IMG/VR virus record: IMGVR_UViG_3300027833_000013
Span: 96,001 to 160,000 of that record
DNA: 64,000 nt
Direction: 5' to 3' (one strand)
Origin: a virus
Shown here: positions 19,552 through 30,034 of the stretch, piece after piece
Position numbering within the stretch: the stretch's first letter is position 1
Layout of the letters: every line of letters begins with the position of its first letter
Position numbers and translations under genes: made by a program
Notes under the pieces: generated by a model
What the model was told of the DNA's origin: nothing
Databases searched by the model: none
What the model saw: only the letters and a program-made list of their open reading frames with translations

Positions 19552-20448
19552 ATGGCGGTAGGCGACTTAATTACAGCGGCACGATATAATAACGCACAAG
19601 CGCGGGTGGCTGCGATTATGGGAGTTGGTGCCACTACTGAAGGATACGGACAAACGTTAGAAAGTTCTCAAGTTAGTACTGCATTAACAGTAACAGCAGA
19701 ACATATTAATGATTTGTATACTGATATTATTAGCGGCAGAATACACCAAACTGGTGCTACTCCTAACAGTATAACACAAATTGTTGTAGGCAATACTATT
19801 GCTGATGCAACTAGTGATGATCCAGACGGAACTGCCAAAGGCTTCCAAGATTACGAAGACTTAATAGCAATACTTGAAGCATCGCCAGGTAGATTTGCAC
19901 TAAGTGCATCACAATCGACTAGCGGAACTGGTGTTACTAGTTCTAGAACAGCACAGTGGAACACAGATGTGTCGACTGTTGTGCGTGTTGATTTTTCATC
20001 ATCGGATGCACGTAGAAATTATTTTAATGCCGGTAGCACAATTAAGTTTGAAGCATCATTAACAAGTCAAAGCGGATCAAAATCTAACGATTGGGCAAGT
20101 ATGTTAACTAATATGGGCACAATTGCAATGGGGTATACTGCTACTACTACAACTGGTACAGGAACAACTAGTTCAATTGGCAATTTTGATCTAACTGGAA
20201 CTAATCAAGTAATATTCCGTAAGCCAGGAACAGGTGTTTACTCTGCAAACGATTATTATGTTTATGCAAAAGCAAACTCAGCTACACAATTAGAATTTAC
20301 AATACTATTCCAAGAAGAAGCGGCAGGTAATCCAAATATCGACGAACAAGTAAACGGTACACTAACTAGTACAGTTAAGTTTACTCGAGCAAGTGGATCA
20401 TATGTTACTACACCAGCACCGAGCTTTGTTACTGTAACTTCACTTTAA
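19552..20448 (+). CDS. Virion structural protein (S/T-rich, 298 aa)
   Basis: Late promoter plus AAGGAAG RBS; S/T/G-rich beta-type sequence; last gene of the structural block. Confidence 0.6.
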   Translation: MAVGDLITAARYNNAQARVAAIMGVGATTEGYGQTLESSQVSTALTVTAEHINDLYTDIISGRIHQTGATPNSITQIVVGNTIADATSDDPDGTAKGFQDYEDLIAILEASPGRFALSASQSTSGTGVTSSRTAQWNTDVSTVVRVDFSSSDARRNYFNAGSTIKFEASLTSQSGSKSNDWASMLTNMGTIAMGYTATTTTGTGTTSSIGNFDLTGTNQVIFRKPGTGVYSANDYYVYAKANSATQLEFTILFQEEAAGNPNIDEQVNGTLTSTVKFTRASGSYVTTPAPSFVTVTSL

Positions 20449-20451
20449 CCA

Positions 20452-20480
20452 TTGACAACCTTAACTTTTTAGTATATACT
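20452..20480 (+). promoter_or_regulatory. Sigma70-type promoter at the head of the tailoring island
   Basis: TTGACA (20452-57), 17 bp, TATACT (20475-80); RBS AAGGAG at 20494-99; ATG at 20505. Confidence 0.85.
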
Positions 20481-20504
20481 ATACAGTATATCTAAGGAGT
20501 AACT

Positions 20505-20840
20505 ATGGACGAACGACTAGAAAAAGCATTAGCTGTTAGTAAAGCATTAGAAACACATCAAAATCAAAAAAATATTCTTCATAAGCAGTATAAAGATAAT
20601 TTACTCTATTACTTTGATGGACATAAAGTTAGTGTAGACCTTTCTTTAATTAGTTACTGTACTAATAGAACAGGACCTGTAGTTATTATAGACGATAACA
20701 AGACTCCGACACTTATTGATAACGTTGAAGAATTTAATAAAAAAATAACAGCAATGTACGACACTGCAACACGTAAATACCTTGTTGAATTTAAAAAGAT
20801 TAAATCAAAAAGGTCAGTAGAGGAATTAATCGACCTATGA
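20505..20840 (+). CDS. Hypothetical protein (111 aa)
   Basis: Strong promoter and RBS; ATGA-coupled to the downstream glycosyltransferase. Confidence 0.75.
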   Translation: MDERLEKALAVSKALETHQNQKNILHKQYKDNLLYYFDGHKVSVDLSLISYCTNRTGPVVIIDDNKTPTLIDNVEEFNKKITAMYDTATRKYLVEFKKIKSKRSVEELIDL

Positions 20841-21685
20841 CTCAAGGCGTATTGTTATTTGCATATAATTCTAAACATATGGATTATACAAAACAAGCTA
20901 TATATTGTGCAAAACTTATCAAAGAATACCTTGGTAAGGAAGTTGCACTAGTAACTGATAACGAAGAATATATTCAACGTCAATATCCGTTTTATACAAA
21001 GTATATAGATCATGTTATTACAACTGGTCATGAGGATAATGTACAAGAGCGTGTGTACAATGACGGACTGTATCACAGTGATCGCCAACGTTGGTATAAT
21101 ACTAATAGAAGCTCATGTTTTGAATTGACTCCGTTTGACGAAACACTTGTAATAGATACAGATGTTTTAATTTTTAATGACGAATTAAATAGATGCTTTG
21201 ACTCGACAGAAGATTTTCTAATATCTAAAGATTATAACTTTGTTGATATGAAGCGCGACTATTCAGAGTTTAATAAAGTGTCTGATACAACATGTGATAT
21301 GTTTTGGGCAACTGCATTTTATTTTAAAAAAACTGCATTTACAAATGTATTTTTTGATCTTATCGAACACATTAAAGAAAATTGGCATTTCTATAGACTA
21401 GTATATGAAGTTGTAGAAGTTAAGTTTAGAAACGATTATGCATTTAGCATAGCAATACATATGCTTCGAGGCATGAAAGACGCAACTTGGCCATCCCGTG
21501 TTCCTGCAAGCATTTGGATTACTGTAGATAAAGACATACTACATTCAATAAACGATACTAAATTAACCGTGTTATTACACAAAGAATACGACTATCAAGC
21601 AAGTGCAATTTGTGATGCTAATGTACACGTAATGAATAAGTTTTCATTAGAACGTTGCATTGACAAGGTATTTGAAAATGAGTAA
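20837..21685 (+). CDS. GT-A fold glycosyltransferase-like protein
   Basis: N-terminal GVLLFA strand, VALVTD, and TPFDETLVIDTD (DxD motif). Confidence 0.75.
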   Translation: MTQGVLLFAYNSKHMDYTKQAIYCAKLIKEYLGKEVALVTDNEEYIQRQYPFYTKYIDHVITTGHEDNVQERVYNDGLYHSDRQRWYNTNRSSCFELTPFDETLVIDTDVLIFNDELNRCFDSTEDFLISKDYNFVDMKRDYSEFNKVSDTTCDMFWATAFYFKKTAFTNVFFDLIEHIKENWHFYRLVYEVVEVKFRNDYAFSIAIHMLRGMKDATWPSRVPASIWITVDKDILHSINDTKLTVLLHKEYDYQASAICDANVHVMNKFSLERCIDKVFENE

Positions 21686-22517
21686 CGGTGTATGTTTACT
21701 AGCACAAAATAACGATACTACTGATTATATTAGACAAGCCTACGCACTTGCATTAAGCATTATTGCAAAGTCTCCTAAACAAAAAGTAAGCCTTATTACT
21801 AATGACAGTGTGCGTGACAAATACAGAAAAGTATTTGATCAAATCATTCCTATTCCTTGGGACGATAGTGCAACTAAAAGTAACTGGAAAATTGAAAATA
21901 GATGGAAAGTTTATCATGCAACACCTTACAGAAATACTATAGTATTTGATGTTGACATGCTAGTATTAGAGGATTTAGACATATACTGGAATCAGTTACA
22001 AAAAAATAATGTTGATCACGATATACTTTTTACTACGCAAGTGGTCAATTATAGGAACGAGCCTGTAACAAGTAGGTATTATAGAAAAACATTTGATGCA
22101 AACAACTTGCCTAATTTATATTCAGGAATGTATTACTTTAAAAAAGCAGAAACTACAAAACAATTTTTTGGCTTGCTAAAAACTGTTATGTGGAATTGGG
22201 GCGACTTTTACAAGATCAGTCTAAGTAAAATACCTCAAGAATGGTGTAGCTTTGATGTGTGTACTGCAATAACTGCAAAGTTATTAGATAGGACATACAC
22301 TATCGGAGACAACAATAATATTCTTGAGTTTACCCATATGAAATCGAGATTACAGAATGTTGATATTGATGATAAATGGACTAAGTCTCTTTTTGTAGAT
22401 TTTAATAAAGATCTTAATTTAATAGTTGGCGGAATTAAGCAGTCAGGAATATTTCATTATGTTGAAGATGAATTCTTAACAGACGAAATAGTTAGTATAC
22501 TAGAGGAAGCAATATGA
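21678..22517 (+). CDS. GT-A fold glycosyltransferase-like protein, paralog of 20837
   Basis: GVCLLA, VSLITND, TPYRNTIVFDVD (DxD), late FTHMK histidine. Likely start MSNGV at 21678. Confidence 0.75.
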   Translation: MSNGVCLLAQNNDTTDYIRQAYALALSIIAKSPKQKVSLITNDSVRDKYRKVFDQIIPIPWDDSATKSNWKIENRWKVYHATPYRNTIVFDVDMLVLEDLDIYWNQLQKNNVDHDILFTTQVVNYRNEPVTSRYYRKTFDANNLPNLYSGMYYFKKAETTKQFFGLLKTVMWNWGDFYKISLSKIPQEWCSFDVCTAITAKLLDRTYTIGDNNNILEFTHMKSRLQNVDIDDKWTKSLFVDFNKDLNLIVGGIKQSGIFHYVEDEFLTDEIVSILEEAI

Positions 22518-23140
22518 GTTACTATGCGTATTACAATGAAAAATGCGAAGTTACACAGATATCTAATGAGCCAGATCTGTCTACGAACGACATGTATATT
22601 TTAATTGATGAAGAAATGTTTATTGCATTTGCTAATGAAAAAATTAATTATATCAATTATAAAGTTATAAGCGGAAAGTTAACACTTAAAGCAGAAATTG
22701 AATTAGAAAAATATACTGACTCAAGAATCCCAATTGAACTTACTGATACATTAATAGAAAACTGCATGGTAGTAACACAAGATAAAAAAAATAAACATTG
22801 GTTTGCACAGTGTTATCTTAGTAGTGATGTTATAGAAAACTTTCTACTTATGCCAAAAGAACAAATTGAAAAAAAGATATTTACATTTTATGTAACAGCA
22901 AAAGACAACAGATTTATTTTACTTGATACAATAAAAATACCTGCAAAGTTTGTCCTCACAAAGAATGAAGGATGGCACACTGAAGCAACTAGTGCAGATA
23001 CTGGAGATGTGGTTGAAGTATTTACTGCACCGGCGTATACTATACCTAATATAGACAAAGAAATAGTAACTCAGGATGTTAGATTACTCGTCAGAAGAGA
23101 CTTTTTAACCTATCATCATAAAGTAGGAGAACTTACATGA
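22514..23140 (+). CDS. Hypothetical protein (208 aa)
   Basis: ATGA overlaps at both ends; no recognisable motif. Confidence 0.7.
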   Translation: MSYYAYYNEKCEVTQISNEPDLSTNDMYILIDEEMFIAFANEKINYINYKVISGKLTLKAEIELEKYTDSRIPIELTDTLIENCMVVTQDKKNKHWFAQCYLSSDVIENFLLMPKEQIEKKIFTFYVTAKDNRFILLDTIKIPAKFVLTKNEGWHTEATSADTGDVVEVFTAPAYTIPNIDKEIVTQDVRLLVRRDFLTYHHKVGELT

Positions 23141-24057
23141 AAATTATAGATTATGATATTATATACTTGTCATACGACGAGCCAAACGCAGAAAAAAACT
23201 ATGCAGACCTATTAAGTAAAGTGCCTTGGGCAAAACGGGTGCATGGTGTAGAAGGCAGTGATGCCGCACACAAAGCATGTGCAAACCTAAGTGAAACAGA
23301 TCGTTTTATTACAGTAGATGGCGACAACATTATTAATGCAGAGTTTTTAGGACAAGAACTTGACTTTGATGATCATGCAGATTTAGAACACAGTGTAATT
23401 AGTTGGTGCGGCAGGAATATAATTAACGGATTAATGTACGGCAATGGTGGATTAAAATGTTGGCCAAAGCAGTATGTGTTAGATATGAAAACACATGAAA
23501 ACGCAGAAGCAGACAACCCGCATGCACAAGTTGACTTTTGCTGGGATCTAAAATACATACAGCAAAACAGTTGGTATAGCGATGTACATAATAATGAAAC
23601 TGCACTACAAGCATGGAGGGCAGGGTTCCGTGAAGGTGTTAAGATGTCATTAGATCAAGGAGTGCGACCAACTAAAGAAGCTTTCTTACAAGGCCATTGG
23701 AAAAACTTACATAGGTTGTGGGTGTGGTTAATGGCAGGCGCTGATGTAGAAAATGGACTATGGGCTATTTATGGTGCTCGAGAAGGATTATATATGACAA
23801 TGTGTACAGATTGGGATTATGTACAAGTTAGGGATTTTGAATATTTAAACGAGTACTGGAATAAAACAGTTAGTGTATATATAAATGACGACAACTTGTT
23901 AGAATCAATTCAACGGTTAGGCAACAGTCTTATTGATGAATTAGAAATACCCATTGCTAAGAATCCTTTAGATGCACAACAAAGTAAGTTCTTTAAAGAA
24001 GTTTACCAGAATCCGAGTAGGAATGCACGACAACAGTTTGTGATTGATCCTGAATGA
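23137..24057 (+). CDS. GT-A-like (GT2-related) glycosyltransferase
   Basis: DIIYLSYDEP...VHGVEGSDAAH...RFITVDGD (DxD), YGNGGLK, AWRAGFRE. Confidence 0.65.
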   Translation: MKIIDYDIIYLSYDEPNAEKNYADLLSKVPWAKRVHGVEGSDAAHKACANLSETDRFITVDGDNIINAEFLGQELDFDDHADLEHSVISWCGRNIINGLMYGNGGLKCWPKQYVLDMKTHENAEADNPHAQVDFCWDLKYIQQNSWYSDVHNNETALQAWRAGFREGVKMSLDQGVRPTKEAFLQGHWKNLHRLWVWLMAGADVENGLWAIYGAREGLYMTMCTDWDYVQVRDFEYLNEYWNKTVSVYINDDNLLESIQRLGNSLIDELEIPIAKNPLDAQQSKFFKEVYQNPSRNARQQFVIDPE

Positions 24058-25424
24058 GTAACGAACAACGTATAGAAGAATTAAAACTAAAAAAAGATCT
24101 AATAAATTCTGTTAGTTGTAGTTTCTGTACGGCTAAGTGGTTACAAACAACCCTTATGTTACAAAATGGATATAACCATAGTTGCCATCACCCGGCACCG
24201 CATAAAATTCCATTAGAAGAAATAGAAGCAGATCCCGCAGCCTTGCACAATAGTAAGTTTAAAAAAGAACAACGTGCTATGATGTTAAAAGGTGACCGCC
24301 CTTCGGAATGTGATTACTGTTGGAAGATTGAAGATTTAGACAAAGATTATTTTTCAGACAGACATTATAAAACAGCAGACAACTGGGCATGGGACAGATT
24401 TGAAGATATTGCTAAAAGCAATCCACAAGATAATGTATATCCTAGTTACTTAGAAGTTAGTTTTTCAAATGCTTGTAATTTTGCATGTGCTTACTGCTCG
24501 CCTGAAATTAGCAGTAAGTGGATGGAAGATATAAAACAAAACGGTGAGTATCCGGACGGTGCTCATAACTTAGATTATTTAAAGCAAGCTGGAAAATTTC
24601 CATATGCAAACAACGAAGACAATCCGTATGTAACAGCATTTTGGAAATGGTTTCCTGATGCACTTCCGCATTTAAAAGTTCTACGTATTACAGGCGGCGA
24701 ACCTACAATGAGTAAAGATACTTGGAAGTTATTAGATTACATAATTAATAATCCACAACCTCAATTAGAAATTGCAGTTAATACAAATTTAAATGTTCCA
24801 GCAAAGCTAATAGATAAATTAATATACTATAGCGGCGAGCTTGAAGGTAAACTTAAAAAGTTTGACATATACACAAGTGCTGAAGCAGTTGGTGACCAAA
24901 ATGATTATGTAAGAGATGGGATGAATTACAAAGTTTGGATGACTAATGTACATCGTATGTTGTATGAAACTAATAGTACTGTAGCAATAATGACAACTAT
25001 TAATATTTTAAGTTTGCCTAGCTTTGCTAAATTTATACAAGACGTTATGGAACTTAGAAAAGATTACAATTTAAATTTTGAACACAATAGAATTCCGTTA
25101 AGCATTAACTATCTTAGATGGCCTTTGCATTTACAAACTATACTATTAGATAAAGAACAACGTGTAAAGTACGCTAATGAAATTGAGAGTACATGCGAGT
25201 CTTGGCTCAAATATTACAGTAAAGAAAAATATGCTAGAATTTACTTAGAAGAATTTGATCAAATAAAACGGTTGTGTAACTATCTTAGAAACACAGAACC
25301 AGCTATTCAGTATCGTGGTAACTTTTGCAGATATATACATGCATACGATAAGCGTCGAAACAAAAACTTTAAAGATACTTTTCCAGAGTACTCAACATTA
25401 TTAGAGGATTGGCATGCCAGCTAA
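24054..25424 (+). CDS. Radical SAM enzyme with N-terminal auxiliary Cys/His domain
   Basis: CNFACAYC and ITGGEP; N-terminal FCTAKW..SCHH..ECDYC. Confidence 0.92.
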   Translation: MSNEQRIEELKLKKDLINSVSCSFCTAKWLQTTLMLQNGYNHSCHHPAPHKIPLEEIEADPAALHNSKFKKEQRAMMLKGDRPSECDYCWKIEDLDKDYFSDRHYKTADNWAWDRFEDIAKSNPQDNVYPSYLEVSFSNACNFACAYCSPEISSKWMEDIKQNGEYPDGAHNLDYLKQAGKFPYANNEDNPYVTAFWKWFPDALPHLKVLRITGGEPTMSKDTWKLLDYIINNPQPQLEIAVNTNLNVPAKLIDKLIYYSGELEGKLKKFDIYTSAEAVGDQNDYVRDGMNYKVWMTNVHRMLYETNSTVAIMTTINILSLPSFAKFIQDVMELRKDYNLNFEHNRIPLSINYLRWPLHLQTILLDKEQRVKYANEIESTCESWLKYYSKEKYARIYLEEFDQIKRLCNYLRNTEPAIQYRGNFCRYIHAYDKRRNKNFKDTFPEYSTLLEDWHAS

Positions 25425-26859
25425 AGAAGATGAAACATTGCTACAGTACAGGCAACGTATAATAGATCCAAAGAGTACTAGCTTCTGTGGTGCAAAATGG
25501 TTTAATGCAACTACTTGGTTAGGTAGTGGCACAACTGCTAGTTGTCACCACCCGCCGGCACATCAGATTCCATTAGAAGAAGTAGAAGAAAACTACACAG
25601 CAATTCACAACACTAAACATAAGAAAGAGATGCGTAGGCAAATGCAAACGGGCGAACGCCCTGCAGAGTGCGAGTATTGTTGGAAAATGGAAGATATGAA
25701 AAAAGATGCAGTAAGTGATCGCACCTTTAAAACTATTATCTATACTGACGAAGAACTACAGGCTGCATATGATGCAGACTGGAATGAAAACACAGGTCTT
25801 AAAACGTTTGAAATTGCGTTTGATAGAACTTGTAACTTAGCGTGTTCGTATTGCAATGCTAGTTTTAGTACTACATGGGCAAAAGATATTAATAAGAATG
25901 GTCCTTATGAAAACTTAGTCAGTGATGGCGCAGGTGCGTTTAAACACAATGGTGATTGGGCCGCTCCGTACGATAATGATGCAGACAATCCTTATATACA
26001 GGCATTTTGGAAATGGTGGGATAACGGCCTTGCAGATAGTTTAGATGAACTACGCATTACAGGTGGCGAACCACTAATGAGCGGCAACACTTGGAAACTA
26101 TTTGATTGGTATTCTAAACAGAAATCAGATATGCGATTTGCTATTAACTCGAACTTAATTGCAAAAGAAAGCATTATTAATAAGTTGATTGAAAAAGCCC
26201 AAGGAATTAAAAAGTTCCACATTTATACTAGCTGTGAAGCAGTTGGTGAACAGGCTGAATACATCCGGGACGGGTTAGTTTACGATCAATGGGTAAACAA
26301 CGTAACACGTATTTTAGATGAAACTGACGTAGAGCTACATTGCATGATGACTATTAATAGTTTATGCTTGTTTAGTATTACAGAATTTCTTGATCAAATC
26401 TATACGCTAAAAGAACGTACAGGAACAAAAACGCCGACAGTAAGTTTAAACTTATTACGTTTTCCAAGTTTCCAAAGTCCTTTAGCATTGCCAGTACATC
26501 TTAAAGATTATTGCTACAATAAACTAAATGATTGGTATAACGTAAACAAGCACAAAGCGTTATGGCACGAGCATGAAAAAGCAAGCATCGAACGTTTAAT
26601 AGATTATCTAGTTACTGTAGATGCTCCGCATAGACGCACGAGCAATCCTGTAACACTATGGCGCGACTTTAAAACATTTTATCAGCAATATGATGTACGT
26701 AGAAATAAAAACATAAACGTGTTTCCAAAAATCCTAACAGATTGGATAGAAAGTATTCCTGATACAGATGCAAGTATTACAGAACTTGCAGAAAAAGAAG
26801 GATGGATATTAAATCCTGATAATAAGAATATTGCCAAAGGACTAGCAACATATGACTAA
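25414..26859 (+). CDS. Radical SAM enzyme, paralog of 24054
   Basis: CNLACSYC and ITGGEP; N-terminal FCGAKW..SCHH..ECEYC. Confidence 0.92.
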   Translation: MPAKEDETLLQYRQRIIDPKSTSFCGAKWFNATTWLGSGTTASCHHPPAHQIPLEEVEENYTAIHNTKHKKEMRRQMQTGERPAECEYCWKMEDMKKDAVSDRTFKTIIYTDEELQAAYDADWNENTGLKTFEIAFDRTCNLACSYCNASFSTTWAKDINKNGPYENLVSDGAGAFKHNGDWAAPYDNDADNPYIQAFWKWWDNGLADSLDELRITGGEPLMSGNTWKLFDWYSKQKSDMRFAINSNLIAKESIINKLIEKAQGIKKFHIYTSCEAVGEQAEYIRDGLVYDQWVNNVTRILDETDVELHCMMTINSLCLFSITEFLDQIYTLKERTGTKTPTVSLNLLRFPSFQSPLALPVHLKDYCYNKLNDWYNVNKHKALWHEHEKASIERLIDYLVTVDAPHRRTSNPVTLWRDFKTFYQQYDVRRNKNINVFPKILTDWIESIPDTDASITELAEKEGWILNPDNKNIAKGLATYD

Positions 26860-28105
26860 AGATAATTTTTGTGTAGCACCGTGGATGCATTTACACGTTA
26901 TTAACGATGGCCGGGCATTTCCTTGTTGTCAAACACCTTTAGAAGATAAACATGCATATGGCAATGTAAGAGAAACTGCAATACATGATATCTTAAACAG
27001 TACTAAAGCTAAAGGCATGCGCAAAGATATGTTAACAGGTGTGCCATTACCTTCTAGTTGTGAGCGATGCACATCTAAAGAAAAGCACGGATTTGGTAGT
27101 ATGCGCACTGGCATGAATCAAAAGTGGTTACCTCAAGTACAAGACGAAGTAGACGCAACTCATGCAGACGGAACAATAGACAATCCTGTAATTAAAAATT
27201 GGGATTATAGATTTAGTAACTTTTGTAATCTTGCTTGTCCAACTTGCGGTCCATTGTTCAGTACACAATGGCATGCTGATTATAAAAAATTATTTCCTGA
27301 CTATCCAATGACCGAAAAGGCACTAGTTGATCTAAAAGATGCAGATTTATTTTGGAGTGATTTTTCAAAATATGCTAACCATGCAAAAGAAATTCATATT
27401 GCAGGCGGCGAACCATTTATGATGCCCGAAAATAATAAAGTGTTAACTGCATTAGAACAAGAAGAAAATTACGATATTGCAATACGATATAGTACAAACT
27501 GTACAGTATTAAAGCAAGGAAAAGAAAATATTCTAGACCGATTACAGAAGTTTAGTTATATACATCTTAGTTGTAGTATTGATGCCGCAGGCGATGCTTT
27601 CGAATACATTCGATATAAAGGTAAGTGGGACGTTGTTTTAAATAATTTAAAAGAAATTAGACAAAGTGGCCACAACTATTGGATTCATCCTACAGTAAGT
27701 ATATTAAATATTTTTAGAATTACAGAGTTGCACGAAGAACTTTGGAACGCAGATATTATACCAGCAAAACGAGTACATTATAATGCCGACGGAACTGGTG
27801 CAGAATTTCACATAGAAAACTACTGGGTTGACAGGATGCACTTTAATCCATTATTTGTTCCTGAATATTATAGTATGACAATAATGCCAGCACACCTTAA
27901 AGAGCAGGCCGCCGATAAAATTACAACTTATGGCAAACGACTAGAGAAGGAACATAGTATTCCGTTCCATGGCTGGCAAGCCTTAATTGATTTTATGTAT
28001 CAGGCAGATGACAGTCATTTGTATGATGAATTTTTAAGTAAAACACACAATTTAGATAAATTACGTGGCAATGATTTTTATAAAATTAACAAGGAATTTA
28101 AATAG
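26852..28105 (+). CDS. Radical SAM enzyme with N-terminal twitch/SPASM-like domain
   Basis: CNLACPTC and AGGEP; N-terminal FCVAPW..PCCQ..SCERC. Confidence 0.92.
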   Translation: MTKDNFCVAPWMHLHVINDGRAFPCCQTPLEDKHAYGNVRETAIHDILNSTKAKGMRKDMLTGVPLPSSCERCTSKEKHGFGSMRTGMNQKWLPQVQDEVDATHADGTIDNPVIKNWDYRFSNFCNLACPTCGPLFSTQWHADYKKLFPDYPMTEKALVDLKDADLFWSDFSKYANHAKEIHIAGGEPFMMPENNKVLTALEQEENYDIAIRYSTNCTVLKQGKENILDRLQKFSYIHLSCSIDAAGDAFEYIRYKGKWDVVLNNLKEIRQSGHNYWIHPTVSILNIFRITELHEELWNADIIPAKRVHYNADGTGAEFHIENYWVDRMHFNPLFVPEYYSMTIMPAHLKEQAADKITTYGKRLEKEHSIPFHGWQALIDFMYQADDSHLYDEFLSKTHNLDKLRGNDFYKINKEFK

Positions 28106-29106
28106 TGAGTAAAAAAAGTAAGCTAGAAAAGGTATCTCAATCGCAACTAGCAAAGACCATAGTAACGAACAAGACAATACAGAAAGATAATTACGACAGT
28201 CCTGGTAGCGATTGGGATAATGTTTCCCACTTAGGGGTTGATCATCTAGATACATCAGCAGTTTCACCTTTTCGAGTTAAATCATTTGATGATCTTAGAA
28301 ACTATGGCCCGTGGCAACCACTGCACCTATTAAGAAAACGTGCAGGCGAAACTCGTGAGAATGTATCATTCGATGTGCCCTGGGTACACGAAACTGAAAT
28401 TCCATATCTTAAAGAACAGCCTTGGAAATATAGAATAAATGAATACGGATTTAGAGACGAATGGAAATTTAAAACTAAACGTGCAAACATAGGCTACTTT
28501 GGATGCAGTATGACATATGGTGAAGGCGTCGATACCCCAGATCTATGGAGTACTCATATAACAAATGCGTATAAGTTAACAGGGTTAAACTTTGGTGTAG
28601 GCGGCGCCGGTCCTTTGCGTGTAGCAAGAACATTTGCCGCAGTACAGCAAACAATGAAATTAAAGTATGCTATAATAATGCTACCACAAATCTCAAGAGT
28701 AGAACTATGGCAATACAACAATTATCAGCAACCAAAACAGCATCCTAGATTACATACTATAAACTTAATTCCTAATTTTCCACCTAGTCCTACAGATTTT
28801 ACGGGAGGAGATGACGTGTATAATGATTACTTTAAAGTTATGACAGATGAACAATCAATTAGTCAGTGTGTACAAGCGTGTAATTGGATAACTCAAACAG
28901 CAAGAGCAAACAAGACTCGGGTACTATTCTGTTCTTGGGATCCGTTTAGTTTATGGGCTATGCACAATGCAGGAGTTCCTAATTTGCATAATAAAATGTT
29001 TAAAAGGCTAGACTTAGGTAGAGATCAAATGCACCCGGGCCCGGAGTCTAATTTACAATTTAGTAAAAGTATAAGAAGGTGGATAGATGCTAACCCTTGG
29101 CTTTAG
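28105..29106 (+). CDS. SGNH/GDSL-like hydrolase or acyltransferase
   Basis: FGCSMTYG (block I), NFGVGG (block II), C-terminal RDQMHPG (DxxH); GTG start. Confidence 0.6.
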   Translation: MSKKSKLEKVSQSQLAKTIVTNKTIQKDNYDSPGSDWDNVSHLGVDHLDTSAVSPFRVKSFDDLRNYGPWQPLHLLRKRAGETRENVSFDVPWVHETEIPYLKEQPWKYRINEYGFRDEWKFKTKRANIGYFGCSMTYGEGVDTPDLWSTHITNAYKLTGLNFGVGGAGPLRVARTFAAVQQTMKLKYAIIMLPQISRVELWQYNNYQQPKQHPRLHTINLIPNFPPSPTDFTGGDDVYNDYFKVMTDEQSISQCVQACNWITQTARANKTRVLFCSWDPFSLWAMHNAGVPNLHNKMFKRLDLGRDQMHPGPESNLQFSKSIRRWIDANPWL

Positions 29107-30034
29107 AAATATACACGGCGTTAGTACTAGTATTAATTTACTGCCAGATAACACCGAAACATCATTAGTATGGCAATCTGCATTAGACACTTTATTAGAA
29201 ACGCACAATGATAAAATATTTCAAAAGAACTTTAGTCTATTAGGACATCCTACACATAATAGATCTAAACAGCACATGATAAATGATCTAGAACGAAGTG
29301 TTAACATTGTAAACATACATACAGAATACGAAATTGACGAAGACTTTTCTACATTTGATCAAGAAACATTAAACAGATTGCATCATCATTTTGAAATATT
29401 ACAAGGACAACTTTGGAACCCCAGTTCATTTTTAACTACAGCGTCTGGAGAAGTGCGGTGTGCAATATGTTATTTAAATCATTGCTGTCATGAACTAGAA
29501 GCATATTATGATTCGTATGAAAAGGAATATACTAACTATAACGGTTATTTTTACTATAACTTGTTAGGTATAACAGATAGAACTGACATGCCGCTAGGAA
29601 TAAAAAAGCAATTTACTACTGACATAACTGACGGCATGGTATATTTACATTATGCTCAAACAGGTAAAACTTGGTACGAAGCATACTTAGATAACGATTT
29701 AGAAATAGACCCTAGCAATATATCAGAACATAGGGTTATCACAGGCGAATTTAATTTATACTCTGGACCAGGGTTTAGTTTTCCAACAGACAGTAATTTT
29801 ACATCATGGTTAGAATCAAAAAATGTAGATCCTAATGATTCTGATTTAGCATTAGGATATGCACCAGTTGCAACAGTAGATGTACCATATACTGAACTAC
29901 AAGAAATATTAAAAGAATACGATGACTTTCATAGTATTGAATTTAATGGTAAAAAAATTGAATATAACTATAGACATACCGACCTAGAGTATGTTATAAT
30001 GTTAGAACATATGTGGAGTAAATGGAATGTATGA
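29087..30034 (+). CDS. Hypothetical protein with paired His motifs (315 aa)
   Basis: LNRLHHHFE and LNHCCHELE segments; overlaps both neighbours. Confidence 0.65.
   Translation: MLTLGFRNIHGVSTSINLLPDNTETSLVWQSALDTLLETHNDKIFQKNFSLLGHPTHNRSKQHMINDLERSVNIVNIHTEYEIDEDFSTFDQETLNRLHHHFEILQGQLWNPSSFLTTASGEVRCAICYLNHCCHELEAYYDSYEKEYTNYNGYFYYNLLGITDRTDMPLGIKKQFTTDITDGMVYLHYAQTGKTWYEAYLDNDLEIDPSNISEHRVITGEFNLYSGPGFSFPTDSNFTSWLESKNVDPNDSDLALGYAPVATVDVPYTELQEILKEYDDFHSIEFNGKKIEYNYRHTDLEYVIMLEHMWSKWNV
29971..30000 (+). promoter_or_regulatory. Internal sigma70-like promoter
   Basis: TAGACA (29971-76), 18 bp, extended -10 TGtTATAAT (29992-30000); GGAG RBS before ATG 30027. Confidence 0.55.
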
